From Bacillus subtilis subsp. subtilis str. 168 (GTDB lineage: Bacteria > Bacillota > Bacilli > Bacillales > Bacillaceae), in NCBI RefSeq assembly GCF_000009045.1, contig NC_000964.3, forward strand, positions 2,914,001-2,978,000: a DNA stretch of 64,000 nucleotides, given 5' to 3'. How positions within the stretch are numbered: the first letter of the stretch is position 1; the number at the start of each line of letters is the position of its first letter. A model generated the notes under the pieces. It saw only the letters and a list, made by a program, of their open reading frames with translations. It did no database searches and had not been told where the DNA came from. The position numbers and the translations under genes were made by a program. Of this stretch, positions 11,102 through 20,597 are shown one piece after another.

Positions 11102-11633
11102 ATGCCCCGTACTGTGTCCACAGCTCTTGTAAAAGCCCTGACAAGTACGGTGTATGGTTAATGATCACATTTGCGAGAGACGATTGCCCCATCATTTGCT
11201 GCAACGCGTCTACCGGCAGAACGGATGCGACATACAGCAGCACAAATGTAAATAAATAGACTTCTAGAAAACCGAGAACGGCTCCCAGCATCTGGTTGAT
11301 TTGTTTAATCACCGGAATGCCGGCTACAATACTCAGGAACGAGCCGATGATTCTCAGTAAGATTTTAGCAATGATAAATAAAACGATAAACGCAATCGCA
11401 TTATAGTACGCTGCTTCCAAATTCCCCGTAAAAAAAGAAAGAGCCGGCTGTCCCGCTGAAAAATCGGGTGCGGGAATCCAATGTAAATGCGGTGCCACGT
11501 TTTTATAGAATAAAGCCGCAAAGGCAATTGATAAAATAAAGCTCGTCAAGCGGATAAACTGCAGGATAAAACCGCGTTTTAACCCCAGTAAAGTCCCCAT
11601 CAGGAGCAAGATTAAGATGATGATATCTAGCAT
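11100..11633 (-). CDS. yshB: CvpA-family membrane protein
   Basis: 177 aa hydrophobic protein starting MLDIIILILLLMGTLLGLKRGF; typical position after zapA. Confidence 0.88.
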   Translation of the reverse strand: MLDIIILILLLMGTLLGLKRGFILQFIRLTSFILSIAFAALFYKNVAPHLHWIPAPDFSAGQPALSFFTGNLEAAYYNAIAFIVLFIIAKILLRIIGSFLSIVAGIPVIKQINQMLGAVLGFLEVYLFTFVLLYVASVLPVDALQQMMGQSSLANVIINHTPYLSGLLQELWTQYGA

Positions 11634-11639
11634 AGTTGT

Positions 11640-11897
11640 TCAATCCTTTTCTTTAAGCTGACGCTCCAGTTTTTCACATTTCTCTTGTAATTTGACATAA
11701 TCGTGCACCACATTTACCGCTGTCAGCACTGCAAGTTTATTTATATCAAGGTATGGATTTTTTTCATTGATTTCTCTCATTTTATCATCAACAATTCCGG
11801 CGACATACCTCATATGGGCTCTGCTTTCTTCACCGACAATCGTGAAGTGCTGGCCGTAAATGTCAACGGTTGTTTTTGTTTTTTTGCCGTCAGACAA
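11640..11897 (-). CDS. zapA: Cell division protein ZapA
   Basis: 85 aa, TTG start, motifs [10 protein letters not shown] and KLAVLTAVN. Confidence 0.93.
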   Translation of the reverse strand: MSDGKKTKTTVDIYGQHFTIVGEESRAHMRYVAGIVDDKMREINEKNPYLDINKLAVLTAVNVVHDYVKLQEKCEKLERQLKEKD

Positions 11898-11932
11898 CGT
11901 TTCTCCTCCATTCCGCGAGAATCCTAGTTCTT

Positions 11933-11985
11933 ATCATAACACGTTTATTAAATGAATGGAAAGACGAGCCTCCCGCTGTTATGAT
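11933..11985. promoter_or_regulatory. Back-to-back extended -10 promoters for zapA and rnhC
   Basis: TGTTATGAT occurs on both strands (minus 11933-11941, plus 11977-11985). Confidence 0.6.
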
Positions 11986-12030
11986 ACACTGGTATATACA
12001 GCGAAAAGTGTAAAAAAAGGAGATTATTAC

Positions 12031-12972
12031 GTGTCCCATTCAGTGATAAAAGTATCGTTGTCTGCTATTGACCAAATGAAAATGACGTACAGCGGTTCAC
12101 TTACAGCCTCTGTTCCGCAGGGAGCCGTTTTTCAGGCAAAACCGCCCGGCTGTACCATTACAGCATATCAATCAGGTAAGGTCTTGTTTCAAGGAAAAAA
12201 CGCTGCGGCAGAATCCGCGCGCTGGGGAACAGCAGAGCCTCAGGAAAAGAAGAAAACGGCCAAAAAGCCGGCTGATCCCCGCTATGCCCCTCCGGCAGAT
12301 ATCGCCGGAATGTCTGTTATCGGTTCTGACGAAGTCGGAACCGGAGATTACTTTGGCCCAATGACGGTTGTATGCGCGTACGTCGACAAAACCATGCTTC
12401 CTTTAATGAAGGAACTCGGTGTTAAGGATTCTAAAGATTTAAAAGATCCGCAAATCATCGAGATTGCCCGAAACCTGATTAAAACCATTCCGTACAGCCT
12501 GCTGGTGTTAAAGAATGAAAAGTATAACAGCATGCAGGAAAAAGGCATGAGCCAAGGGAAAATGAAAGCTTTGCTGCACAATCAGGCGATCACACATTTA
12601 TTAAGAAAATTGGATGGAGTAAAGCCTGAAGCCATTTTGATTGACCAATTCGCTGAGCCAGGCGTCTACTTCAATCATTTAAAGGGCAGAGACATTGTGA
12701 AGGAGCGGACCTATTTTAGCACAAAAGCTGAAGGTATTCACCTGGCTGTCGCCGCTGCTTCAATCATTGCAAGATATTCATTTTTAATGGAAATGGATAA
12801 ACTATCACGCGCGGCAGGAATGACGCTTCCAAAAGGGGCCGGTCCGCACGTCGATGAAGCGGCCGCCAAGCTGATCCTCAAAAAAGGGGCATCTGCACTC
12901 AGAACCTTTACAAAACTCCATTTCGCCAATACGCAAAAAGCGCAGCGCCTTGCTGATAAAAAACGTTCATAG
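12031..12972 (+). CDS. rnhC: Ribonuclease HIII
   Basis: IGSDEVGTGDYFGP, VKDSK and LIDQF motifs. GTG start at 12031 after an AAAGGAG RBS (313 aa). Confidence 0.95.
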   Translation: MSHSVIKVSLSAIDQMKMTYSGSLTASVPQGAVFQAKPPGCTITAYQSGKVLFQGKNAAAESARWGTAEPQEKKKTAKKPADPRYAPPADIAGMSVIGSDEVGTGDYFGPMTVVCAYVDKTMLPLMKELGVKDSKDLKDPQIIEIARNLIKTIPYSLLVLKNEKYNSMQEKGMSQGKMKALLHNQAITHLLRKLDGVKPEAILIDQFAEPGVYFNHLKGRDIVKERTYFSTKAEGIHLAVAAASIIARYSFLMEMDKLSRAAGMTLPKGAGPHVDEAAAKLILKKGASALRTFTKLHFANTQKAQRLADKKRS

Positions 12973-13006
12973 AAAAAAGCTTGCAGATTTCTCTGCAAGC
13001 TTTTTT
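12973..13006. terminator. Bidirectional terminator rnhC/pheT
   Basis: AAAAAAGCTTGCAG-atttct-CTGCAAGCTTTTTT. Confidence 0.92.
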
Positions 13007-13007
13007 A

Positions 13008-15422
13008 TCAGCCTCTTAAAACAGCTTGATATGTGTCTTCTAACGCTTTCAGCACTTTGCTGTGCGCCTTTGTCACTTCTTCTTCAGTCAGTGTTTGTTC
13101 AGGATTGACATACTGGAGTGAGAAAGCGACTGACTTCTTGCCTTCCTCCATATGCTCTCCTTCGTATACGTCAAATACGGTTACCTCTTTCAGAAGCTTG
13201 CCCCCGGCCTCTTTAATGACGCTCTCGAGCTGTCCGCTTGTGACGGTTTTATCTGTTACAAGAGCGATATCACGTGTCACAGACGGATATTTTGGAATCG
13301 CCGTGTAAACAAGCGGTGCTGTTTCTGCTGCGAGCAACGCATGAAGATCGAGCTCAAATACGTATGTTTCCTTTATATCCAGTTCTTTTTCCAATGAAGG
13401 ATGGACTTGGCCGATGAAGCCGATCAGAGAACCATTCAATAAAATGTTCGCTGTTCTGCCCGGATGCAGCTGTTTGCGTTCAGACTGTACAAATTCAATG
13501 CTGTCTAGGACGTTGAGTTTGTCTAACAGCCCTTCCACAATTCCTTTGACAACAAAGAAATCAACTGGTTTCTTTTCACCCTGCCATAGCTGCTTGCGCC
13601 ATAATCCGGTAACAGCTCCTGCTACGCGTTCTGTTTCAACAGGTTTTGTGTCCTCTTCCTTCGTTAGGAAAACGGAGCCAACTTCGTACAGTGCAACTGA
13701 GTCAGTCTGCCTCGCAAGATTGTAAGAAACAGAATCAAGCAGATTTGGAACAAGACTGTGTCTGAGAATGCTTCTTTCTTCACTCATTGGAAGCGCAAGC
13801 ACAGTATTCAGTGATTTTTCAATCGCAAACGCTGTCGCTTTCTTCTCGTTTGTCAGTGAGTAAGTGATGGCTTGTGATAAGCCTGCGCCTTCAAGGAAGC
13901 GTCTGACTTTACGGCGTTTTGCCTGATATGGCGTTAATCCGCCTGTAGTTCCCGCTGTCTCAGGAAGCGTAGACGGAATGTTATCGTAGCCGTACAGTCT
14001 TGCCGCTTCTTCGATTAAATCCTCTTCTATTGTAATGTCACCGCGCCGTGATGGGACAGTCACAACGAGAAGATCATCCGCTTCACCGACCGTAAAACCG
14101 AGACGTTTATAAATGCTGATCAGTTCTTCTTTACTGATCGTCAGGCCTAGAACGCTGCTCACTTTGTCAGCAGATACGTGAATGTTATTTGCTTCGATTG
14201 TCAGGTGATCTTCCTCAACCGTTCCAGCAAGCACCTCACCGCCGGCATACAGATGGATCAGCTGCGCAGCCCGTTCTGCTGCAAGACGTACGCGTGCCGG
14301 ATCAATTCCTTTTTCAAATCTTACGCTTGATTCACTTCTCAAACCAAGGTCTTTGGAAGCCTTGCGAACCTTCTGCCCGTTGAAATACGCAGCCTCAAGC
14401 AAAATGGTTTTCGTATCTTCCTGAACCTCTGACTCTGCTCCTCCCATGACACCGGCAACGGCCTGCGCTTTCGTTCCGTTTGTAATGACAAGGTGATCGG
14501 CAGACAGCTTACGTTCTTGATCATCAAGTGTTACGATCATTTCATTCTCAGCTGCTTTTCTTACTACGACTTCCTTAGAGCCAAATCTGTCATAATCAAA
14601 CGCATGAAGCGGCTGTCCGTATTCCAACAGGACAAAATTTGTGATGTCAACGACGTTGTTGTGCGGACGAATGCCTGCATTCATCAGCTTTGTCTGCATC
14701 CAAAGCGGTGACGGAGCAATCGTGACATTTTTAATGATTTTTGCAGTGTACAGCGGGTTCGCTTCTTGATCTTCAATTTTGACTGAAATGTAATCAGACG
14801 CTTGTTCTGAAGCAGCCGGGTAATCCGTTTGCGGAAGCTTTACCTCAGTGTCTAAAATCGCCGCAACCTCGTAAGCAACACCAAGCATGTTCATGGCATC
14901 CGCGCGGTTTGGCGTTAAACCCAGCTCAAGAATCGCATCGTCAAGCTGTAAAGCCGCTAAGGCATCGCTTCCTGTTTCAGCGTCATTCGGGAATACGAAA
15001 ATGCCTTCTGCATACTCCTTCGCCACAAGTTTGCTTTCGATACCAAGCTCCTGTAAGGAACAGATCATGCCGTTTGATTCTTCACCGCGAAGCTTGGCTT
15101 TTTTGATTTTGAAATTGCCCGGCAGCACCGCTCCGACTGTTGCAACTGCGACTTTTTGTCCCTTATCCACATTCGGCGCGCCGCAAATGATTTGTACAGG
15201 GGCTTCAGCTCCGATATCCACAAGGCACTTATTCAGCTTATCAGCATTCGGGTGCTGCTCGCGCTCCAGCACATGGCCGATGACAACGCCTTTGATGCCT
15301 TCTCCTTTGTATTCAATTCCTTCAACCTCAATACCGGCTCTTGTAATTTTTTCAGCAAGAACAGCCGGGTCCATGCCTTTTAAATCAACATAATCCTCTA
15401 ACCATTTATAAGAAACAAACAT
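13008..15422 (-). CDS. pheT: Phenylalanyl-tRNA synthetase beta subunit
   Basis: 804 aa; HPNADKL, LTPNRAD and C-terminal KKSVAFSL anticodon-binding domain. Confidence 0.98.
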   Translation of the reverse strand: MFVSYKWLEDYVDLKGMDPAVLAEKITRAGIEVEGIEYKGEGIKGVVIGHVLEREQHPNADKLNKCLVDIGAEAPVQIICGAPNVDKGQKVAVATVGAVLPGNFKIKKAKLRGEESNGMICSLQELGIESKLVAKEYAEGIFVFPNDAETGSDALAALQLDDAILELGLTPNRADAMNMLGVAYEVAAILDTEVKLPQTDYPAASEQASDYISVKIEDQEANPLYTAKIIKNVTIAPSPLWMQTKLMNAGIRPHNNVVDITNFVLLEYGQPLHAFDYDRFGSKEVVVRKAAENEMIVTLDDQERKLSADHLVITNGTKAQAVAGVMGGAESEVQEDTKTILLEAAYFNGQKVRKASKDLGLRSESSVRFEKGIDPARVRLAAERAAQLIHLYAGGEVLAGTVEEDHLTIEANNIHVSADKVSSVLGLTISKEELISIYKRLGFTVGEADDLLVVTVPSRRGDITIEEDLIEEAARLYGYDNIPSTLPETAGTTGGLTPYQAKRRKVRRFLEGAGLSQAITYSLTNEKKATAFAIEKSLNTVLALPMSEERSILRHSLVPNLLDSVSYNLARQTDSVALYEVGSVFLTKEEDTKPVETERVAGAVTGLWRKQLWQGEKKPVDFFVVKGIVEGLLDKLNVLDSIEFVQSERKQLHPGRTANILLNGSLIGFIGQVHPSLEKELDIKETYVFELDLHALLAAETAPLVYTAIPKYPSVTRDIALVTDKTVTSGQLESVIKEAGGKLLKEVTVFDVYEGEHMEEGKKSVAFSLQYVNPEQTLTEEEVTKAHSKVLKALEDTYQAVLRG

Positions 15423-15437
15423 CCTTGCATCCTCCTC

Positions 15438-16472
15438 TTACGCCTGTTTAAACTGCGAAATAAATCTGACATCGTTTGTATAGAAGTGGCGGATATCATC
15501 AATGCCATATTTCAGCATCGCGATGCGCTCAACACCCATTCCGAATGCGAAGCCCTGATATTCCTTCGGATCAAAGCCAGCCATTTTAAGCACGTTCGGG
15601 TGAACCATTCCGGCACCGAGGATTTCAATCCAGCCTGTTCCTTTACATACTGAGCAGCCGTTCCCACCGCATTTAAAGCATGTCACATCCACTTCTACTG
15701 AAGGCTCAGTAAACGGGAAGAAGCTTGGGCGGAGTCTGATTTCACGGTCTTGCCCGAACATTTTTTTCGCAACAAGTTCAAGCGTTCCTTTTAAATCACT
15801 CATGCTGATGTTTTTGTCAACGACAAGCCCTTCAATTTGCATAAATTGGTGAGAGTGCGTCGCATCATCGTTATCACGGCGATATACTTTACCCGGGCAA
15901 ATGATTTTAACGGGACCTTTGCCTTCATGCTTTTCCATCGTACGTGTTTGGACAGGAGAAGTTTGCGTTCTCATCAAAGTTTCCTCTGTGATGTAAAAGC
16001 TGTCCTGCATATCGCGCGCTGGGTGTTCTTTCGGAAGATTGAGCGATTCGAAGTTGTAGTAATCCGTTTCAACCTCTGGCCCTTCCTCGACTGTGTAGCC
16101 CATACCGATAAATAAATCTTCAATTTCTTCAATGACAACAGTGAGCGGATGGCGGCCGCCGACTGCAACAGGGTTCCCCGGCAGCGTGACGTCAATTGTC
16201 TGTCCTGCAAGCTTCTGTTTCATTTCCTCTTCTTCAAGCTTCTCGTTTTTGTCAGCAATCGCATTGGCAATACGCTCCCTTACTTCGTTCGCGAGCGCCC
16301 CCATTTTTGGACGTTCCTCAGCAGAAAGCTTGCCCATTCCGCGCAGCACTTCTGTAATCGGCCCTTTTTTTCCGAGATATTGCACCCGAATATCATTGAC
16401 AACCTTCAATGAGCTTGCCGCTTCTACTTGTTCTAAAGCTTCTTGTTCCAGCTGTTTTAGCTTTTCTTCCAT
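15438..16472 (-). CDS. pheS: Phenylalanyl-tRNA synthetase alpha subunit
   Basis: [21 protein letters not shown] and [13 protein letters not shown] motifs. Confidence 0.98.
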   Translation of the reverse strand: MEEKLKQLEQEALEQVEAASSLKVVNDIRVQYLGKKGPITEVLRGMGKLSAEERPKMGALANEVRERIANAIADKNEKLEEEEMKQKLAGQTIDVTLPGNPVAVGGRHPLTVVIEEIEDLFIGMGYTVEEGPEVETDYYNFESLNLPKEHPARDMQDSFYITEETLMRTQTSPVQTRTMEKHEGKGPVKIICPGKVYRRDNDDATHSHQFMQIEGLVVDKNISMSDLKGTLELVAKKMFGQDREIRLRPSFFPFTEPSVEVDVTCFKCGGNGCSVCKGTGWIEILGAGMVHPNVLKMAGFDPKEYQGFAFGMGVERIAMLKYGIDDIRHFYTNDVRFISQFKQA

Positions 16473-16519
16473 TTTGCATCCTCCTTTTATGTAAACAAAC
16501 CGTCATATGTCTTTGGAAA

Positions 16520-16780
16520 ATAAAAAAAACCCGTCCCTTGTACAAGGGACGAGTTGTGGCCGCGGTACCACCCTTATTTCAGACAGACTGATGCTGTCGT
16601 CAGCTTCATTGACATAACGGAATCAGATTCCGGTTCACCTTTACGCGCAGTGTACGCGGTCCCGGCGACAACTCAAGAGGTGAAGCCAATTTCCGGCTGC
16701 GTTAAAAATGCTCTCAGTCAGCGGCATTTTCTCCCTGGAAAGCAGTTGATCAGAAATTGAGGTCCTCTGTCACGGTTTTT
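16520..16780 (-). promoter_or_regulatory. T-box riboswitch (Phe) upstream of pheS
   Basis: T-box AAGGGTGGTACCGCG (16561-16575), terminator CGTCCCTTG/CAAGGGACG plus T-run (16522-16552), and likely UUC specifier at 16682-16684. Confidence 0.93.
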
Positions 16781-16795
16781 GAAATATTATGTTCT

Positions 16796-16824
16796 ATTAT
16801 AGAGAAATCCAACGCTTGGCGCAA
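16796..16824 (-). promoter_or_regulatory. SigA promoter of pheST
   Basis: TTGCGC-N17-TATAAT. Confidence 0.8.
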
Positions 16825-16826
16825 CA

Positions 16827-17573
16827 CTATCCTCGCAAGTGATACACGAGGATGGCAGCCGCAACCGCAACGTTTAGTGATTCAGCCTGTCCGTAAAGCG
16901 GCACGTACAGGTTCAAATCCGTTTTTTCCAGCAATGCAGCATCTACCCCTGCACCTTCATTTCCTACAATGAGCGCAAAGGATTCAGACTGAGGAATCTC
17001 CTGGTAAGGCGCTCCGTTTTGCAGCGCCGTGCCGTATACTTTTACGCCCTCTGCCTTCAATTCGTCCACATATGAAGGCAGGTTTCTTCTCACAACAGGA
17101 ATATGGAAGTGAGATCCTTGAGCAGATCGCAGTGTTTTTCCGTTAAAGGCGTCCGCCGTGCCGTCACCGAGTACAACCGCATCCAAACCGGCCGCATCAG
17201 CCGTTCGAATCATTGTGCCAAGGTTTCCCGGATCTTGAACAGCGTCAATCAGCAGCACCTTGCGTGCCGTTGCCAGCTTTTCTTCAGGCATATGGCACAC
17301 AGCGGCAATCTGCTGCGGCGTTTCGGTTTCAGTCACAGCTGAAAACGCATCTTCACTCAGCATATAGCACTGGATACCAGTCTCAAGATCTGAAGGAATC
17401 CTCGTTTCATCCTTTACAAGGATTTCTTTCACAATGCCCGGGCTTTTCAACGCCTCTTCAACGAGGTGTTCTCCCTCTATCAGAAATGTATTTGTTTTTG
17501 TTCGTTCTTTTTTTGTGTGAAGCTTTTTCCAATCCTTCACTTTTTGGTTTTTTGCCGATTCTATTTGTTTCAC
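16827..17573 (-). CDS. ysgA: SPOUT/TrmH-family rRNA methyltransferase (RlmP)
   Basis: VQDPGNLGTMIRTADA, VGNEGAG and ESLNVAVAA motifs; GTG start. Confidence 0.92.
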   Translation of the reverse strand: MKQIESAKNQKVKDWKKLHTKKERTKTNTFLIEGEHLVEEALKSPGIVKEILVKDETRIPSDLETGIQCYMLSEDAFSAVTETETPQQIAAVCHMPEEKLATARKVLLIDAVQDPGNLGTMIRTADAAGLDAVVLGDGTADAFNGKTLRSAQGSHFHIPVVRRNLPSYVDELKAEGVKVYGTALQNGAPYQEIPQSESFALIVGNEGAGVDAALLEKTDLNLYVPLYGQAESLNVAVAAAILVYHLRG

Positions 17574-17627
17574 TGTCTATGTGGCGCTCCTTTTTTTAAC
17601 ATGATGTTATTATATCGCAAGAACAGC

Positions 17628-17656
17628 ACATAATAAACCAGGTGCAGGGTTAGAAT
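17628..17656 (+). promoter_or_regulatory. Possible forespore (SigF/SigG-type) promoter of sspI
   Basis: ACATA-N15-GGTTAGAAT resembles GYATA-N15-GGnnAnAnT; the -35 match is imperfect. Confidence 0.45.
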
Positions 17657-17691
17657 ATACGTATTACATTTTAGAAAAAGGAGCGTTTTAC

Positions 17692-17907
17692 ATGGATCTT
17701 AATTTACGTCATGCCGTCATTGCCAATGTCACCGGCAATAATCAGGAGCAGCTTGAGCATACAATCGTAGATGCGATTCAAAGCGGTGAAGAAAAAATGC
17801 TTCCAGGGCTCGGCGTTTTATTCGAAGTCATTTGGCAGCACGCATCCGAAAGTGAGAAAAACGAAATGCTGAAAACGCTTGAAGGCGGATTAAAACCCGC
17901 CGAATAA
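17692..17907 (+). CDS. sspI: Small acid-soluble spore protein I
   Basis: 71 aa with [16 protein letters not shown]; AAAGGAG RBS. Confidence 0.94.
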   Translation: MDLNLRHAVIANVTGNNQEQLEHTIVDAIQSGEEKMLPGLGVLFEVIWQHASESEKNEMLKTLEGGLKPAE

Positions 17908-17913
17908 GACATG

Positions 17914-17940
17914 AAACCGGGTGACAGCGCCCGGTTTTTT
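17914..17940 (+). terminator. Terminator after sspI
   Basis: AAACCGGG...CCCGGTTTTTT. Confidence 0.85.
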
Positions 17941-17975
17941 TCTTATATAATAAAAACATGATGAGGGGGAACGCC

Positions 17976-19082
17976 ATGTTTTTACAGCCGTTATTAGCGA
18001 AAAAAATTATTGCTGAAGTTAAAAAAATGTACGAACGTGAAGTCATTATTGTAAACACGGACGGTCTTATTATGGCAGGCACAAACGATGAGCGTGTCGG
18101 ACAATTTCATGAGGGAGCGCTTATCTGCGCAAAAGAAAGACGCAGCGTGATTATTACAAAAGAAGATGAAACAAGGTTAAAAGGAGTGAAAGCAGGCATA
18201 AACCTCCCTGTATTTTTTGACCATGATGTGATTGCCGTCTTCGGGCTGACAGGTGAGCCTGCAGAGATTCAGCCATTCGGAGAACTGCTTCGAAAAATGA
18301 CAGAACTGTTCATTAAGGAATCGCGGCACTTAGAGCAATCCCAGTGGCGTGAGAGAATGCTGGAGTCCTTTATGATCGATTGGCTGCAATTAAAGGAGTG
18401 GTCTCCCAGTTTTCTTGAGAAAGCTCAGCTTCTTGGTGTTGACCTTTCTTCCCGGCGCCAAATGATTCTTATTCAGGGGTATGAGTGGTCACCTCATGAT
18501 ATTGAACAAATGGCACGCAGCTGGAAATCCTCGTACCCTGCGGATTTGTTCATCAGGTGGGGAAATGAACGGATTTTGATTAATCATGAAGTGCCGCAGC
18601 ATGAACAAAGGGATCGGCTTTTGCGGAAAATCCTTCACATTTGTTCGTTTGCCAATACCGCAAGCAGCCAATATACAGCAGCTGGCGCCGGAAGGGCTGT
18701 CGCAAGCTCCAGCCTGACAGATTCATACGAGCAAGCGGAAAAAGCGCTGGCTGTCAGCCTTAAGCGAAAAACGCCCATATTTGAAGAGGATCTGAAGCTT
18801 GATATGTGTCTGACGGAGATCAGCCCGGGAACCCGAAACGAATTTCCGCAAAGAGTATTAGGAAAGGCGCTAGAGCATCAGGAACTTATGAATACGATAC
18901 GGACTTTCTTTCATCACGATTTGTCTTTGAAACAAACCGCTGAAGACATGCATATACACATCAATACATTGCGTTATCGTCTGGCTAAGGCTGAACAGCT
19001 GACGGGATTACGTTTTGACCGTACCGAGGACGTCGTCACGATGTACGTCGCACTCTATTTTTTAGATCAAGATACAAAATAG
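17976..19082 (+). CDS. ysfB: CdaR/PucR-family transcriptional regulator
   Basis: N-terminal sugar-diacid recognition region (GERVGQFHEGA-like, KAGINLP) and C-terminal HTH IHINTLRYRL; GAGGGGG RBS before MFLQP. Confidence 0.9.
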   Translation: MFLQPLLAKKIIAEVKKMYEREVIIVNTDGLIMAGTNDERVGQFHEGALICAKERRSVIITKEDETRLKGVKAGINLPVFFDHDVIAVFGLTGEPAEIQPFGELLRKMTELFIKESRHLEQSQWRERMLESFMIDWLQLKEWSPSFLEKAQLLGVDLSSRRQMILIQGYEWSPHDIEQMARSWKSSYPADLFIRWGNERILINHEVPQHEQRDRLLRKILHICSFANTASSQYTAAGAGRAVASSSLTDSYEQAEKALAVSLKRKTPIFEEDLKLDMCLTEISPGTRNEFPQRVLGKALEHQELMNTIRTFFHHDLSLKQTAEDMHIHINTLRYRLAKAEQLTGLRFDRTEDVVTMYVALYFLDQDTK

Positions 19083-19152
19083 AGAGAGTTTCAGTTTCAT
19101 TTTTTGTATGTTTCTCCATGGAAGGCTTTGCTTTTTTTCTTTTACAATAGAT

Positions 19153-19166
19153 TGAAAGCGTTTTTT
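19153..19166 (+). promoter_or_regulatory. Possible cre site upstream of glcD
   Basis: TGAAAGCGTTTTTT; the left half is perfect and the right end deviates. Confidence 0.5.
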
Positions 19167-19184
19167 GACAGGGGGATGGGTGAA

Positions 19185-20597
19185 ATGATCACCAAGGATG
19201 TAAAGGAGCAGCTGATTCAGGTCTCCGGACCAGAAAACTTTGATGACTCGAATGCCGGCCGTCTCGTCTATTCATATGATGCGACGCCTCAGTATCAGTC
19301 TATGCCTGATGCCGTGATTGCTCCGAGGAATACTGATGAAATATCACGCATTTTAACAATTTGCAGCGAACATCGAGTGCCGATCGTTCCAAGAGGATCA
19401 GGGACAAACCTGTGCGGCGGCACGTGCCCGACTGAAGGCGGACTTGTGCTTCTCTTTAAGCACATGAACCAGATTCTTGAAATTGATGAAGAAAATTTAA
19501 CTGCCACAGTTCAGCCGGGCGTCATTACGTTGGATATGATCCGGGCAGTTGAAAGCAAAGGTTTATTTTATCCGCCTGACCCGAGTTCTATGAAAATATC
19601 AACTATCGGGGGCAACATCAATGAAAATTCCGGCGGGCTACGCGGATTAAAATACGGTGTCACCCGCGACTATGTTATTGGACTGGAGGTTGTTCTCGCA
19701 AATGGTGACATCATCCGCACCGGCGGAAAACTCGCAAAGGATGTGGCCGGATACGATCTCACACGTCTTTTTGTCGGCTCAGAAGGAACACTCGGCATTG
19801 TGACAGAGGCAATCGTCAAACTCGTTCCAAAGCCGGAAACAAAGAAGACGCTGCTTGCCCTTTATGAAAACATCGATGCCGCTGCTCAAACGGTATCGGA
19901 CATTATTGCCGCAAAAATTATACCCGCTACGCTTGAATTTCTCGATCAGCCTACACTATTGGTGATTGAGGATTATGCCAAAATCGGACTTCCGACAAGC
20001 GCAAAAGCAGTTCTGTTAATTGAACAAGACGGGCCATTTGAAACTGTTGAACGGGATATGGAAAAGATTGAGGCGATCTGCAAAAAAGGCGACGCCGTAT
20101 CCGTTCAGACCGCACAAACAGAGGAGGAAGCGTTTGCCCTGACTGAAGCCCGGCGTTCTGCACTTTCTGCCCTAGCCCGCCTCAAACCGACGACGATTTT
20201 AGAGGATGCGACCGTTCCTCGCTCAGAAATCGCCAATATGGTTAAAGCGATTAATGATATTGCTGCTAAATATGATATTTCCATCTGCACCTTTGGTCAT
20301 GCGGGAGACGGGAACCTTCACCCGACATGCACGACAGACATAAGAAATAAGGATGAAATGGAACGTGTCGAACAGGCTTTTGCCGAGATTTTTGAGAAAG
20401 CGATTGAACTTGGCGGGACGATAACCGGAGAGCACGGAGTCGGGGAAATGAAAGCGCCTTACTTGGAAATGAAGCTGAAAAAAGAAGGCATTGATGCGAT
20501 GAAAGCGTTGAAAGCGGCATTTGACCCCCGGAACATATTAAATCCCGGCAAAATGTTTGCGAAAGATGCCAGAAAACGTGTGGTGGCGGAAAGATGA
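19185..20597 (+). CDS. glcD: FAD-linked oxidase, GlcD-like
   Basis: PRGSGTNLCGG, YPPDPSS, GHAGDGNLH, GEHGVG and LNPGK motifs; start MITKD (470 aa). Confidence 0.92.
   Translation: MITKDVKEQLIQVSGPENFDDSNAGRLVYSYDATPQYQSMPDAVIAPRNTDEISRILTICSEHRVPIVPRGSGTNLCGGTCPTEGGLVLLFKHMNQILEIDEENLTATVQPGVITLDMIRAVESKGLFYPPDPSSMKISTIGGNINENSGGLRGLKYGVTRDYVIGLEVVLANGDIIRTGGKLAKDVAGYDLTRLFVGSEGTLGIVTEAIVKLVPKPETKKTLLALYENIDAAAQTVSDIIAAKIIPATLEFLDQPTLLVIEDYAKIGLPTSAKAVLLIEQDGPFETVERDMEKIEAICKKGDAVSVQTAQTEEEAFALTEARRSALSALARLKPTTILEDATVPRSEIANMVKAINDIAAKYDISICTFGHAGDGNLHPTCTTDIRNKDEMERVEQAFAEIFEKAIELGGTITGEHGVGEMKAPYLEMKLKKEGIDAMKALKAAFDPRNILNPGKMFAKDARKRVVAER

Noticed and set aside
14887-15393. 168-aa plus-strand ORF and the many similar S/P-rich antisense ORFs in the track
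   Set aside because: These are antisense to conserved genes such as pheT, with the composition expected of the reverse-complement of coding DNA.
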